From contig JAZDOS010000028.1 of NCBI GenBank assembly GCA_043798375.1, positions 28,241-92,240 on the forward strand: 64,000 nt of DNA, read 5' to 3'. Below are positions 17,306 through 26,930 of this stretch, in pieces. The position numbers and the translations under genes were made by a program. Under the pieces are notes generated by a model. The model saw only the letters and a list, made by a program, of their open reading frames with translations. It did no database searches and was not told where the DNA came from. This DNA is from Candidatus Omnitrophota bacterium (GTDB lineage: Bacteria; Omnitrophota; Gorgyraeia; 2-01-FULL-45-10). Each line of letters starts with the position of its first letter. Within the stretch, counting starts at the first letter, position 1.

Positions 17306-18589
17306 ATGAAACATAAATTCTCTCAAAACCAAAAACAACAGCAGAAGATGGCCTTAACACCCCAGATGAGGCAGTCTATAGAACTGCTCGCTATGCCTAT
17401 GAAGGAGCTCGGCGAGTATGTCGACTCTATATTAGAGAAGAACCCTTTTCTTAAGAAAGCTATTGAGAAGAAAAATTACAGGCCAACCGGCGAAATAGGC
17501 TCCGAACCTCAAATAACCAGCAATGTTGACCCCAGGCTTGCCCTTCTATCACAGCTAAGAATGAGCAAATTGGACGAGGACCGGATGCGCATAGCCGAAT
17601 ACCTCATCTATGAGATAAACGATAACGGATACATATCCTGCGATATGGATGAGGCCGCATCAGATCTGGGCGCCGATATAGAGACAGTTGAAAATGTGCT
17701 CGATATCATTCAGCAGATGGAGCCGGCGGGAATAGGCGCCAGGGACGCGCAGGAGTGCCTTCTTCTTCAGTTAAAGAGACTCGGTAAAGAGAGTTCTACA
17801 GAATACAAAATAGTACAGGATTACATACACGAGCTCACTTCTCATGATGCCCAAAGGATCGCTCAAGCCTTAAAGATCGGCGAAGACGATGTCCTGAAAG
17901 CATTCAAATCTATCAGGAAACTTAACCCCAAGCCCGCGAGCACGCTACTTAGCGAAAAGATAGATCTGGTGATACCTGATCTTGTCGCCCATATAAAAAA
18001 AGACAAGGTCACGATCAGGATAAACCGCGACTGGTTCCCTGTAATAAGATTTTACAATCCTTATGAAAATAAGCCGGATATGATAAAAGATCCGGAGGTC
18101 CGGGAGTTTGTGAAGGTCAATGAGTCCGCGGCAAAACAACTGCTCGATAGCTTAAAAAGGCGCGAGGATACGATGTGCAGGGTGGCGAGCTATATACTTA
18201 ACTTTCAGCTGGCAAGCCTTAAAAGCGGAAAGAGCGGCAGCATAAGAACTATCGCTATTAAAGATGTGGCGGCGGCGCTCGGATTTCATTCTTCAACAAT
18301 AAGTAGAACGATATCTAACAAGTATATACAATTGGACAAGAAGGTCCTCGCCTTAAACAGCCTATTAAGCAGCGGAATAAAAAAAGCCGACGGCCAGGTA
18401 ATTTCCAAATCGTATATATTGGATAGGTTATCTTCTATAATCAAGAACGAGGACAAGTCGAAGCCTTTAAGGGATGACGCGATCCATGATCTATTATCAA
18501 AGGAAGGCATTCTGATAAAGCGCAGAACTGTCGCCAAATACAGGAATGCCTTAAGGATACTGCCGAAGCACTTGAGGAAAAAAGCCTAA
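17306..18589 (+). CDS. rpoN: RNA polymerase sigma-54 factor
   Basis: Gln-rich region I (QNQKQQQKMALTPQMRQSIELL). C-terminal RpoN box KRRTVAKYRNALRI. 427 aa. Confidence 0.9.
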   Translation: MKHKFSQNQKQQQKMALTPQMRQSIELLAMPMKELGEYVDSILEKNPFLKKAIEKKNYRPTGEIGSEPQITSNVDPRLALLSQLRMSKLDEDRMRIAEYLIYEINDNGYISCDMDEAASDLGADIETVENVLDIIQQMEPAGIGARDAQECLLLQLKRLGKESSTEYKIVQDYIHELTSHDAQRIAQALKIGEDDVLKAFKSIRKLNPKPASTLLSEKIDLVIPDLVAHIKKDKVTIRINRDWFPVIRFYNPYENKPDMIKDPEVREFVKVNESAAKQLLDSLKRREDTMCRVASYILNFQLASLKSGKSGSIRTIAIKDVAAALGFHSSTISRTISNKYIQLDKKVLALNSLLSSGIKKADGQVISKSYILDRLSSIIKNEDKSKPLRDDAIHDLLSKEGILIKRRTVAKYRNALRILPKHLRKKA

Positions 18590-18628
18590 ATCGGCTTAAT
18601 GATCCCCGCCTTGTTCAATACTGCTTGA

Positions 18629-19268
18629 TTACTTAACAAATAACTGGTTTATGGGATAAATTACCTCTTTAACCGCAAGCATTCTATTTAAACCATACCG
18701 CTTGGTCAAAATATTCACAACATCTTTCGTTCCTGATGAGTTCTCGCTGTCAAAGTAGCGACGGATCGCCCTAAAGGCGTCTCCCACATCTTTATTACCT
18801 TTATATTTCGCCAATTCCTCTTTTACGGAAGCCGGGCCGTCTTTAAAATTGACTGTTGTGTACCATATATCGTAGGCGTCTTTCGCTGTCGAATTTTCCT
18901 CATCAGAATAAGCGAATGCCTTCAATAGGCTTATATCCGCTTTCGTACTTGATGAAACTATGATTCATAACATCCCTGCCATCATCTGTCTTCTGTTTCT
19001 CAAAGCCCAGGGATCGCAAAATATTATACAAGTTTCTGTATTTACTTTTTTCAGAAACGGCAAATTTTATAGCAAGATCTATATCCAGCGTCCCCAAATA
19101 CTCTCTAATGTACGATAGTTTATTTTTCACCAAAAGATCGGGCACAAGGCCGCCAACTAAATACAGATTTTTTGATACATCGCCAAACGCGGTGTATATA
19201 TCGGCCAATATACGCCTAAGTTTGCCTAAATGAATTGGCGAATAATATTCAAATTCCTTGTCCCTCAT
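18629..19268 (-). pseudogene. nucleotidyltransferase (AbiEii/MNT-like) split by a frameshift into two overlapping ORFs (18903..19268 and 18629..18925)
   Basis: N-terminal ORF has LYLVGGLVPDLLV...LGTLDIDLAI (GG...DxD nucleotidyltransferase motif). The second ORF continues in another frame with a 23-nt overlap. Combined length about 215 aa. Confidence 0.45.
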
Positions 19269-20323
19269 TTTAATCCCTTTTTAAGAATCTTCAAAATATG
19301 ATTGGCCTGTTTTTCGCCTCGCAAAGGATTCTTCATAAGATCCGCGTAGAGTTGCAGATTATCCACAATCATCATGCCGCTCTTATTTTGAGCCTTGGTA
19401 AAGATATATTGATCGGGCGCTTCGATAAGCGTAAGATTGAACCCCTTATCAATTGCGGAAGCGGATAAAGCTTTTTCGGGAAACTTGTCAAGCGATTCAA
19501 CATAGACCGATACAATATCGAATATGGCGAAAGGCGCCACTAACGAGGCTCCCGCCTCCTGTGTAAAGGCATATTTGATCCTTCGGCCCGAAAGCGCGGC
19601 AGATGTCATCTCCATTAATTTCCGCGGATTTTGCGCCCACACATAATAACTTTTCTTTCTCTCGCGCCGTTTTGTCTCCGATTCTACCCATGCGGAAAAA
19701 AGATCGTCAAAATTCGTCAGCGCCAGTTTTTTATCTTTCTCGGTTACGTACCCCATCCCTATCATCGTATTAATAACTCGCGAAACCATGCCTTTACTCA
19801 ATCTTGTACGTTCAGAAATTTCTTTCTGTGTCCATCTATTCTCGGGCTGGCCAAGAAGGAATTTGGTAACCCTTGCCGCTTTTGGTGAAAATAAAGCTTG
19901 CCTCTCGACAACAGCGTCTTTAGGGCGGCTCCTCCCTTCGGTGTAAATGAATATGTTTCCGCATACTATTTTAGCGTTTCCGCTGAAATCAAGATAGCCT
20001 ATATTATGCTCATCGCATATTTCCTTTCCCCTCTCGCTTATAAAAGGAACGGCTATAACTGGGCAATACGAAGGGTTCGTCTCCGTGAATTTCTTCAGAA
20101 TGACACTGGCATCCCTGATGTACTGAGGATAACCGGCCGTTTTTACCTCTACGCAGAAATGATAGGCCTGCTTTTTACCCTTAGCCGTTATTAACAGGTC
20201 TATCTCCGCCGTTCTTGTTTTTTTGCTGCGCGCAATCTTCCAGCAGGAAAGAAATGGAATGCGTTTTTTAAACTCGCCTTCTACTTTCGTAATAAGCTTT
20301 TTTTCCGGTATATACATATACAT
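19265..20323 (-). CDS. hypothetical protein with N-terminal PD-(D/E)xK nuclease-like motif and central winged-helix HTH. Possible antitoxin/regulator partner of the downstream nucleotidyltransferase.
   Basis: AEIDLLITAKGKKQAYHFCVEVKT resembles the D...E-V-K-T core of Hjc/NucS-type PD-(D/E)xK nucleases. ISERTRLSKGMVSRVINTMIGMGYV is HTH-like. 4-nt overlap with the nucleotidyltransferase ORF. Confidence 0.4.
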   Translation of the reverse strand: MYMYIPEKKLITKVEGEFKKRIPFLSCWKIARSKKTRTAEIDLLITAKGKKQAYHFCVEVKTAGYPQYIRDASVILKKFTETNPSYCPVIAVPFISERGKEICDEHNIGYLDFSGNAKIVCGNIFIYTEGRSRPKDAVVERQALFSPKAARVTKFLLGQPENRWTQKEISERTRLSKGMVSRVINTMIGMGYVTEKDKKLALTNFDDLFSAWVESETKRRERKKSYYVWAQNPRKLMEMTSAALSGRRIKYAFTQEAGASLVAPFAIFDIVSVYVESLDKFPEKALSASAIDKGFNLTLIEAPDQYIFTKAQNKSGMMIVDNLQLYADLMKNPLRGEKQANHILKILKKGLK

Positions 20324-20394
20324 GCCCTCCTATATAGCATAGTATACAAATTGGTAAACTATGCTATATAGTAAACCATACTTTTCCTCATTTG

Positions 20395-20736
20395 TCAAGG
20401 CAAGGGCTTGAGAATTCCCATCCTGCCCAGGATGAGCAGCATCAGGCTATAGAGGGTTATAGCGCATAAAAGCTTTGCCAGTTCGAGGATTAAATTTTCT
20501 CCGCCTTTCAGAATATTCTTCCCGCAGACATACATCATAAATATACCGATGAGATTGCTCATCCAGTAGAATATGAGCACTGTAAGGAGAAAGTCGGACG
20601 GGAATAGCCTGATAAACAGGTTTGCGCATAGATAGGAAATCGGGATATTTATGAATGCGTCGTTCCAGAAGGTGAACGGCGAAAGGAGCCACCCGATAAA
20701 AAATATCAGCTTGTTCAGGACAGGTCTCATACTCAA
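20395..20736 (-). CDS. small integral membrane protein (DUF2062-like)
   Basis: 113 aa, 3-4 predicted TM helices. 4-nt overlap with the upstream EamA-like gene. Confidence 0.3.
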   Translation of the reverse strand: MSMRPVLNKLIFFIGWLLSPFTFWNDAFINIPISYLCANLFIRLFPSDFLLTVLIFYWMSNLIGIFMMYVCGKNILKGGENLILELAKLLCAITLYSLMLLILGRMGILKPLP

Positions 20737-21125
20737 TTACTCGTCAATATCAGGGCTATACCGGCTACTCCCGCGGGCCGGATACGTTCGCCAAGAAACA
20801 AAAGTCCGGTAAACATAACAAAGACAGGCGTGAGCGCCAGAAACGGCACTGACAGCGAAATATCCGTCAGCTTGAGCGCCCTATAATAAAGGAAGGCGGC
20901 AAAGAATTCGAACGGCAGGACGTAAAGAAGTATTGTCCTGATGAGCTCGGGGCTTACAGGCGCTATCTTGTTTGAAAAGAAGTACAGGCCTAGAAACGGC
21001 GTGGAAAGAAGAAGCGAAAACCATCCGACAAGATATTCGTCACCGGTCTTCGAAAGGATCCTTTTCGCTATCGGGTCTGTTGACGCTGCAAAAATAGCGG
21101 ATAATAACGCGTATAAAGCCCACAC
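20733..21125 (-). CDS. EamA-like (DMT superfamily) small membrane transporter
   Basis: 130 aa, 4 TM. LSAIFAASTDPIAKRIL and GERI motifs typical of an EamA domain. Confidence 0.45.
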   Translation of the reverse strand: MWALYALLSAIFAASTDPIAKRILSKTGDEYLVGWFSLLLSTPFLGLYFFSNKIAPVSPELIRTILLYVLPFEFFAAFLYYRALKLTDISLSVPFLALTPVFVMFTGLLFLGERIRPAGVAGIALILTSN

Positions 21126-21137
21126 TATTTACACTGC

Positions 21138-21228
21138 TTCTTTTTCGTTCTCCTCTACGAACCTTTTGATCTCTTCGAGGTTTTCCAGTATAAGGCGGGC
21201 CTTGCTCATCCCGAACGTAAACGGATAT
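21138..21228. repeat. direct repeat copy A (about 90 bp, 1 mismatch versus copy B), carrying a truncated copy of the small ORF
   Basis: Identical to 22884-22974 apart from one mismatch (read by eye). Confidence 0.8.
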
Positions 21229-21328
21229 CTGTCCATCTCCGACGAATCCCGCCCCTTAAAAATCTACTTTTTCAGCGCCCTCTTTGTTTGTCCGATTTCC
21301 ATGCCGTCTTTGGCAAAATACAGATGCG

Positions 21329-22660
21329 TTACAGATTCCCCGCTTCCCGAGCCAATCTTTTCATCTGTTCTGCCATATACAGCGGTAGTGTTAACACTTT
21401 ATCATGCAAAGACAATTTCTCCTGCGAAAAACGTACACCAAACAATGATTTCTTTTCTTCAATAAACAGTTTTAGTGATTTAAGCGTGCCGGTTTTTCCC
21501 GCCTTGACCTCCACCGGCAATATCAGGGAAGCTACCGCCACAACATAATCAACCTCAGCCGAGCTGTTTCTTTTATCACGCGCCCAGAAAAACAGGCTGC
21601 GCTCTAAATAACTGTCAGAATGGCCCCTTAATTCCTGGCCGATAAACTGTTCCGTTACGGCGCCGGCGTTAATCTGAAAAAAATTATTCGTTAATGTAAG
21701 TTCCGCTTGCAGGCCGCAGGCATTCTGCATCAGCCCTACATCAAGGAAGTTTAATTTGAATTTCATCTCATTAACTTGCGCTTCCAGGGGGAGCCCTGAA
21801 GCGGCGGTAGCATATACCGGATAAATAATACCGGATAATCTTAAAAGGTTAAGCGCCTGTTTAATATCCCTTGATTTGCTATCGGGGTCGATATTCGAAT
21901 ATTTAATGCGGTCTCCAACGAGCCGCGGAGCTTCATCTAATATCTTTCGCAAATATTTGTGCTCGGAAGATTTAGCGTATTTCCCAAAATCACTCCGATA
22001 TGTTTGAAGCAGGGAATTTTGGAGTCGCTGACAATTTAAAAAATTTCCGCTTTCGAGATACTCTTTAACTACTGCCGGCATACCTCCCACAATAAGATAT
22101 ACCCGCAACAAATCCATCAGCTTCTGATGTACCGCGTTATCAAATACGCTGTTCAATCGAATTTCCCGAAGATGACGCCGCAACAACTCATTTCCGGATG
22201 CCGTTAAAAACTCGCCAAATGACAAGGGCTCAAGATATATAAACTGAATTCTCCCCACCGGCATTTTAAAATCCGGACTGTTAAGAGCGAATTCCATCAA
22301 TGAACCCGCCCCAATAACGGCAAGCCGATCATACTTTTCTTTGAAATACCGCAAGGCCATTATCGCGTTAGGGCATTCCTGTATCTCATCAAGAAAGAGC
22401 AATGTTTTCCCTGCTTCTATGTTTTCGCCCATAAGAAGCTGCAGTTTATTAATAATCTCACCGGGATCAAACGTGGTAAAACATTGTTTAAGTTCAGGCC
22501 TAAATTCAAAATTGACAATAACTATATTTTTAAATGCCTTCTTTCCAAACTCTTCCACGATGTAACTTTTACCTACTTGCCGTGCCCCTCGCAGCAATAA
22601 GGGCATCCTGTCTTTATGCTCTTTCCAGTTAAATAAATCTCTTTCTATGTCTCTTTTCAT
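21329..22660 (-). CDS. AAA+ ATPase with C-terminal DUF4143-like domain (COG1373 family)
   Basis: Walker A LLRGARQVGKSY, Walker B LLFLDEIQ, about 440 aa, typical of DUF4143 ATPases. Confidence 0.75.
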   Translation of the reverse strand: MKRDIERDLFNWKEHKDRMPLLLRGARQVGKSYIVEEFGKKAFKNIVIVNFEFRPELKQCFTTFDPGEIINKLQLLMGENIEAGKTLLFLDEIQECPNAIMALRYFKEKYDRLAVIGAGSLMEFALNSPDFKMPVGRIQFIYLEPLSFGEFLTASGNELLRRHLREIRLNSVFDNAVHQKLMDLLRVYLIVGGMPAVVKEYLESGNFLNCQRLQNSLLQTYRSDFGKYAKSSEHKYLRKILDEAPRLVGDRIKYSNIDPDSKSRDIKQALNLLRLSGIIYPVYATAASGLPLEAQVNEMKFKLNFLDVGLMQNACGLQAELTLTNNFFQINAGAVTEQFIGQELRGHSDSYLERSLFFWARDKRNSSAEVDYVVAVASLILPVEVKAGKTGTLKSLKLFIEEKKSLFGVRFSQEKLSLHDKVLTLPLYMAEQMKRLAREAGNL

Positions 22661-22871
22661 GGCTAATTCTTTCTATATATGGCTAATATACAAAGGTATA
22701 GTATACCAATATTGGCTATAATACAAGGTATATTTACGAGTCTGTTATTTACGAGTCGAAATTATAGAGGGGTTTTAAACCGGATTGAGAACGCCGGATT
22801 TATCCGGCAAAATAGGCATAATAAGGCCCTCTTAAAAACGCTCTCATTTCATTGAAACTGCAGGGGCGGGG

Positions 22872-23039
22872 CTATTGAGTGTCGTTCTTTTCGTTCTCCT
22901 CTACGAACCTCTTGATCTCTTCGAGGTTTTCCAGTATAAGGCGGGCCTTGCTCATCCCGAACGTAAACGGATATTTATCGTCTTCACTGCGCCTCACTAT
23001 CAATACGGGCTTACCCTTAAACTCGCTTCTCTCTACCAT
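22872..23039 (-). CDS. small hypothetical ORF (55 aa) lying within direct repeat copy B
   Basis: Manual translation MVERSEFKGKPVLIVRRSEDDKYPFTFGMSKARLILENLEEIKRFVEENEKNDTQ. A truncated duplicate (MDRYPFTFGMSKARLILENLEEIKRFVEENEKEAV) lies at 21127-21231 in copy A. Confidence 0.35.
   Translation of the reverse strand: MVERSEFKGKPVLIVRRSEDDKYPFTFGMSKARLILENLEEIKRFVEENEKNDTQ
22884..22974. repeat. direct repeat copy B
   Basis: See copy A. Confidence 0.8.
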
Positions 23040-24246
23040 CTATTCCCCCTTTTTTATACACCAGAATAATCCATAAAAGCGCCACCGCTTCAACGATGAC
23101 AAAAGATACGGAAGCACCAATCATACCATATATCGGCATAAGAATAAAGTTTAAAATTAAACTAAGGCCTGCGCAGGCCCCTGCCTGCCGCAGGACGTCT
23201 TTCTCGCGGCCGCAGGCGATGAGCGCCGTCGAATACGGAAGGTTGAATAAAATCAGGACGAGCCCTATCGTCATGATGCTCAAAGGAAGGCTTGCCGGCA
23301 GGTACTCCGCGCCTACCGTAACCGTGATAAGATATTTATTAAAAAGGCCGAGAGGCACCAGGATCACTACCGTGAAACCGGCGGCCATTTTTAAAAATTT
23401 ATTTATGCTGTCGCGAAATCCGGCTTTGTCAAGGCAGAAAGACGCTGACAGCCTCGGCAGCATGGCGCCTGCCAGAAAAAGCATAAAGACAGCCACGGTT
23501 CCCGTAACCCTGCGCGAGACCGTGAAGTACCCGACTTCCTGAAGCGGCCTGAAGAGCCCCAATATAAAAATGTCGAGGACATTGTAGACCTGAACGCATA
23601 ATGAAATAAGCCATATCACAAAGGCCCCCGACAGGTGCCCTATCATCGTTTTAAAATCGGCCATCTTCATCTTAAAGCCGAACCGTAATCGCGCCAAATA
23701 CACGGTGATTATCGGCAGGGTCGCCGCAAGATAAAGTATGGGTGCCCTGAAAAGATCGGCCGGGCTTTTTACAAAAAGATAGATCAGGCCTACCTGCAAT
23801 ACGGACGTGACCGTAAACGATATGAAAACCATATGCATTTCTTCAAGGCCCTGGAACGCCCACTCGGTAGCGAAGGCAAAGATAAATAGTATGAAGGCGG
23901 ACTCGAAGATAAGCGCTTTTAATATAGGCGAATGAGACGACATGAACGTCGCGCCGGTCAGGAAAAACACTATGATCGCCGCTATGAAGAAACGTAAAGA
24001 CACGATCTCGGAGACGTAATTCGATACGAGCGGCCTGTTTTTCGCGACCTCTCTTGTGCCGTAGGTGGAAAGCCCCATATCGATGAAATTCGCCAGGAAG
24101 AATATAAGGGTAAAGACATAGGAGATGTAGCCGAACGCAACCGGTGCGAGCGCCCTGGCAAGATAGATAAATAGGATTATACTAAAAAGGCTCGCTACAA
24201 TATTGGAAGCGGCCATCCACATAAAATTTTTAGATAATTTTTCCAC
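23017..24246 (-). CDS. oligosaccharide flippase (Wzx/MOP family), second copy
   Basis: 409 aa polytopic. N-terminal MWMAASNIVASLFSIILFIYLARALAPVAFGYISYVFTL typical of Wzx. Confidence 0.7.
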   Translation of the reverse strand: MEKLSKNFMWMAASNIVASLFSIILFIYLARALAPVAFGYISYVFTLIFFLANFIDMGLSTYGTREVAKNRPLVSNYVSEIVSLRFFIAAIIVFFLTGATFMSSHSPILKALIFESAFILFIFAFATEWAFQGLEEMHMVFISFTVTSVLQVGLIYLFVKSPADLFRAPILYLAATLPIITVYLARLRFGFKMKMADFKTMIGHLSGAFVIWLISLCVQVYNVLDIFILGLFRPLQEVGYFTVSRRVTGTVAVFMLFLAGAMLPRLSASFCLDKAGFRDSINKFLKMAAGFTVVILVPLGLFNKYLITVTVGAEYLPASLPLSIMTIGLVLILFNLPYSTALIACGREKDVLRQAGACAGLSLILNFILMPIYGMIGASVSFVIVEAVALLWIILVYKKGGIDGREKRV

Positions 24247-25433
24247 TACTTCTTGATCATCCCCTTAAACAAATCTATATATTCTTTTGCCTTTTCGAGG
24301 TCGCTCTTAGGCCCTCCGGCGTCCTGGCCCTTGTTGGCCGCCTTCTCAATTGCCTGCGATATTTTATCTATGGCCATGGCCGCAAGGGCCTGTTTCGATA
24401 TGGGCCCCAGATAAAATCTCGGGTTCTCCATGTCTCCCTTTATCTTAAAATCAAAGACTATTTCACCGGAGGATGAAGTAAAATATTTAATCAGGTCGGG
24501 CACGGTCGTATCCCAGAACTGGGCATTCTCATATCCCGGCTTCACGTAAAATTTTAAACCCTCAAGATGTATTTCGTTCGTTGACCCAAGGCTGCCGTTA
24601 TCAAAATCGAATATGAGCGTTCCTGAGAATGTGCCGCTTCTGAATACGAACGGTGAATATCGGTCATAATACGGCTCGAACGGCAAAATCTCCACACCCC
24701 ACACCTCGAACCTGTTTGACATTGTAAGCCTCGGCGCCGTGGGATCCATGCTGACAACCCACCTGACGACCTCGCTTGAATGGCCGCTGACAAGGCCCTC
24801 TCCGGTCGAACTTAAGCCAAGCACCCTGGAATATCTATCGTCAAACTTAACGGATATTTCCGAATTGACATTCTCAAAGGTAATCAGATGCGGCCGCGAA
24901 AGCCGGAACCTGTCCGTAAAAATTATCCTGCCGTCTTTCAGTAAAAATTTTTCAGGGAGCTTAATGAGGGCCGCCGGATTAATGCCCGCTTGCGACGGCG
25001 GCGGAGAGCTCGGATAATTTTGCGCCTGAACCGCTTCCGGAGCCTTTTTAATCATGAGGGCCTGTATTTCGGACAGGTTGCACCTTCCGTCGCCGAGCCT
25101 CTCGATGTTCAGTATTGGCCTATTAAAAACCGGATCCAGAATTTCAAACCCCTCGGCCGGCGTCTTTCCCTTCATCCTGTAGCCGCAAGAGGCCTCTTCC
25201 ATTTCAATCAGGCAGCTATTGGAAAAGTGAGGCGGGTTCAAAATTTTAAAACCGTTGATAACAATCCTGCCGGATTTCGCGTCAAAATTTATCTTATCTA
25301 TCCTGACGTAATCTGGAAGGTAGCCTCGGATGATCTTGTCGGCTGAATACTGGACGAGCTGATACCTGTAAATAAATATTGCCGCGGCGGCCAGGGCGGC
25401 AATAACGATGAGCGCTATCAAAATCTTTTTCAT
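24246..25433 (-). CDS. membrane-anchored periplasmic protein (DUF748/AsmA-like?)
   Basis: N-terminal TM (ILIALIVIAALAAAAIFIY), large beta-rich extracytoplasmic region. Confidence 0.3.
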   Translation of the reverse strand: MKKILIALIVIAALAAAAIFIYRYQLVQYSADKIIRGYLPDYVRIDKINFDAKSGRIVINGFKILNPPHFSNSCLIEMEEASCGYRMKGKTPAEGFEILDPVFNRPILNIERLGDGRCNLSEIQALMIKKAPEAVQAQNYPSSPPPSQAGINPAALIKLPEKFLLKDGRIIFTDRFRLSRPHLITFENVNSEISVKFDDRYSRVLGLSSTGEGLVSGHSSEVVRWVVSMDPTAPRLTMSNRFEVWGVEILPFEPYYDRYSPFVFRSGTFSGTLIFDFDNGSLGSTNEIHLEGLKFYVKPGYENAQFWDTTVPDLIKYFTSSSGEIVFDFKIKGDMENPRFYLGPISKQALAAMAIDKISQAIEKAANKGQDAGGPKSDLEKAKEYIDLFKGMIKK

Positions 25434-26353
25434 TGGTTCTTTTTAAACAGGCCGAGGAACCTGTCTTCATATGCGCCGTACAAATCCCATCTATCCAGTT
25501 CGATTTTCAGCAAAATCGCCTTCGCCTTATCGCCCTCGGCTTCCAGAAAAAGCCTCTCTATCTTCTCCACGATGTAGGGCGGCACCTTCTTCTCGGCCTG
25601 ATGCGGCTCGCGGCCCGGCTGGCTTTCTATCGTCAATACATCCTTTACCCTGTCCTCTATCATGGACATCTTCTCGTCCATGTCTTTAATAAAATCCTCG
25701 AGCTCCTTCAAATCGATCTTAAATTTCAGGATGCGCTGCAATACATCGATTATCGCCGCGGATGCCTTCGGGTTCGGGAGGCTTATCGCGTATTGGGGCA
25801 TCGTCGCCAGAAGGCACAGCGCCTCTATGCCCTTCTTCTCGGCAAAGCCCAGAAGAAGCCCGTTCATTCCTGATATGTGGCCGTTTTCCATGGGGCTTAT
25901 GCCGAAGCTTGCGATGATATCAAGAAGTGTTTTATTGTTGACCGCGCCGTATACGTGCGGAGATTCCTTGTAACTTATAGGAAAAGGAAAGGCCGCCCCT
26001 GTATATATTCTTGAGACCCTGAACCTGGAGGCAAGATCGATAACCTTACTCAATAGCTCAATGCCGCCGGCGCCTGCCACATGAGCCTCGCCTTTGAATA
26101 TGACGAGCTCCGGATTGCGGGTATAGTAGAAGGCGTTCTGCGGGTTTGGCGGAAGCGATGCTATGCCGTTCTCGACTACGACCGAATCGAGCAAAGTCAA
26201 CGGGTTTACTTTTATCTCGGCGAATCTGGAAGCCTTTAACTTCTTCTGCAGGTAGTCGACCACTCCCAGCGCGACGCTGCCCATACCCGGCCAACCGCCT
26301 ATCATCACAGGCCGGACAAAATCTATATTCTTATATATTTTAATTTCTTCCAT
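25430..26353 (-). CDS. PAC2-family protein
   Basis: VMIGGWPGMGSVALGVVDYL near the N-terminus and HISGMNGLLLGFAEKKGIEALCLLATMPQY resemble PAC2-family conserved blocks. Confidence 0.45.
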   Translation of the reverse strand: MEEIKIYKNIDFVRPVMIGGWPGMGSVALGVVDYLQKKLKASRFAEIKVNPLTLLDSVVVENGIASLPPNPQNAFYYTRNPELVIFKGEAHVAGAGGIELLSKVIDLASRFRVSRIYTGAAFPFPISYKESPHVYGAVNNKTLLDIIASFGISPMENGHISGMNGLLLGFAEKKGIEALCLLATMPQYAISLPNPKASAAIIDVLQRILKFKIDLKELEDFIKDMDEKMSMIEDRVKDVLTIESQPGREPHQAEKKVPPYIVEKIERLFLEAEGDKAKAILLKIELDRWDLYGAYEDRFLGLFKKNQ

Positions 26354-26930
26354 TTTCGGCGCCCCAGAGGCCTTTTCGTTTAACTCTTGCCTCTTGCTGC
26401 AATTTAAGAAAATATCCGGCCCTCGAAACGTTCGGCGGAATCGTCATGACCTGGCCGTAACCCTCTTCGAGGATCTTCGCGTTAACAAAGGTCCCGTCTT
26501 CAAGGTAAACGTAGGCAAGCATCCTTCCATACTTATCATATTTTTCGACATCGGCCTGGAGCCTTACTGATTTACCCGCGCATAACGATTTGGTAAAATC
26601 GCGGGCCCTCCTACCCATCGCCTGTATCGTTTTAATACCTTTATCGCTCTTCTTCGAGTCACTTAAAAGTTTCCGGCTGTAATGCAGCTCCGGGGTATCT
26701 ACGCCTATGAGGCGGACCCTGCGGCCGTCCGAAAGCTTTAACGTATCTCCGTCGACAACGCGCTCGACATAGCAAAATTCCTCTTTGGCCTCCAGATATT
26801 TCGTAAAAGGCGGGGACTTAAAACCGAGGTAAATTACAGACGCTATGACAAGCGCCGCTATCTGCAGGTTCCTGATGTCTTTTTTAATAGTATGTCTCTT
26901 CTTCGGAAACGAGCTTGCCGGCCGCGTCAT
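26340..26930 (-). CDS. thermonuclease (SNase-like) family protein
   Basis: VVDGDTLKLSDGRRVRLIGVDTPE and KYGRMLAYVY match staphylococcal nuclease active-site blocks. Confidence 0.8.
   Translation of the reverse strand: MTRPASSFPKKRHTIKKDIRNLQIAALVIASVIYLGFKSPPFTKYLEAKEEFCYVERVVDGDTLKLSDGRRVRLIGVDTPELHYSRKLLSDSKKSDKGIKTIQAMGRRARDFTKSLCAGKSVRLQADVEKYDKYGRMLAYVYLEDGTFVNAKILEEGYGQVMTIPPNVSRAGYFLKLQQEARVKRKGLWGAENGRN

Noticed and set aside
20941-21548. 174-aa and 86-aa plus-strand ORFs
   Set aside because: Span the EamA gene antisense and the direct-repeat region. Low-complexity Ser-rich artefacts of the repeat.
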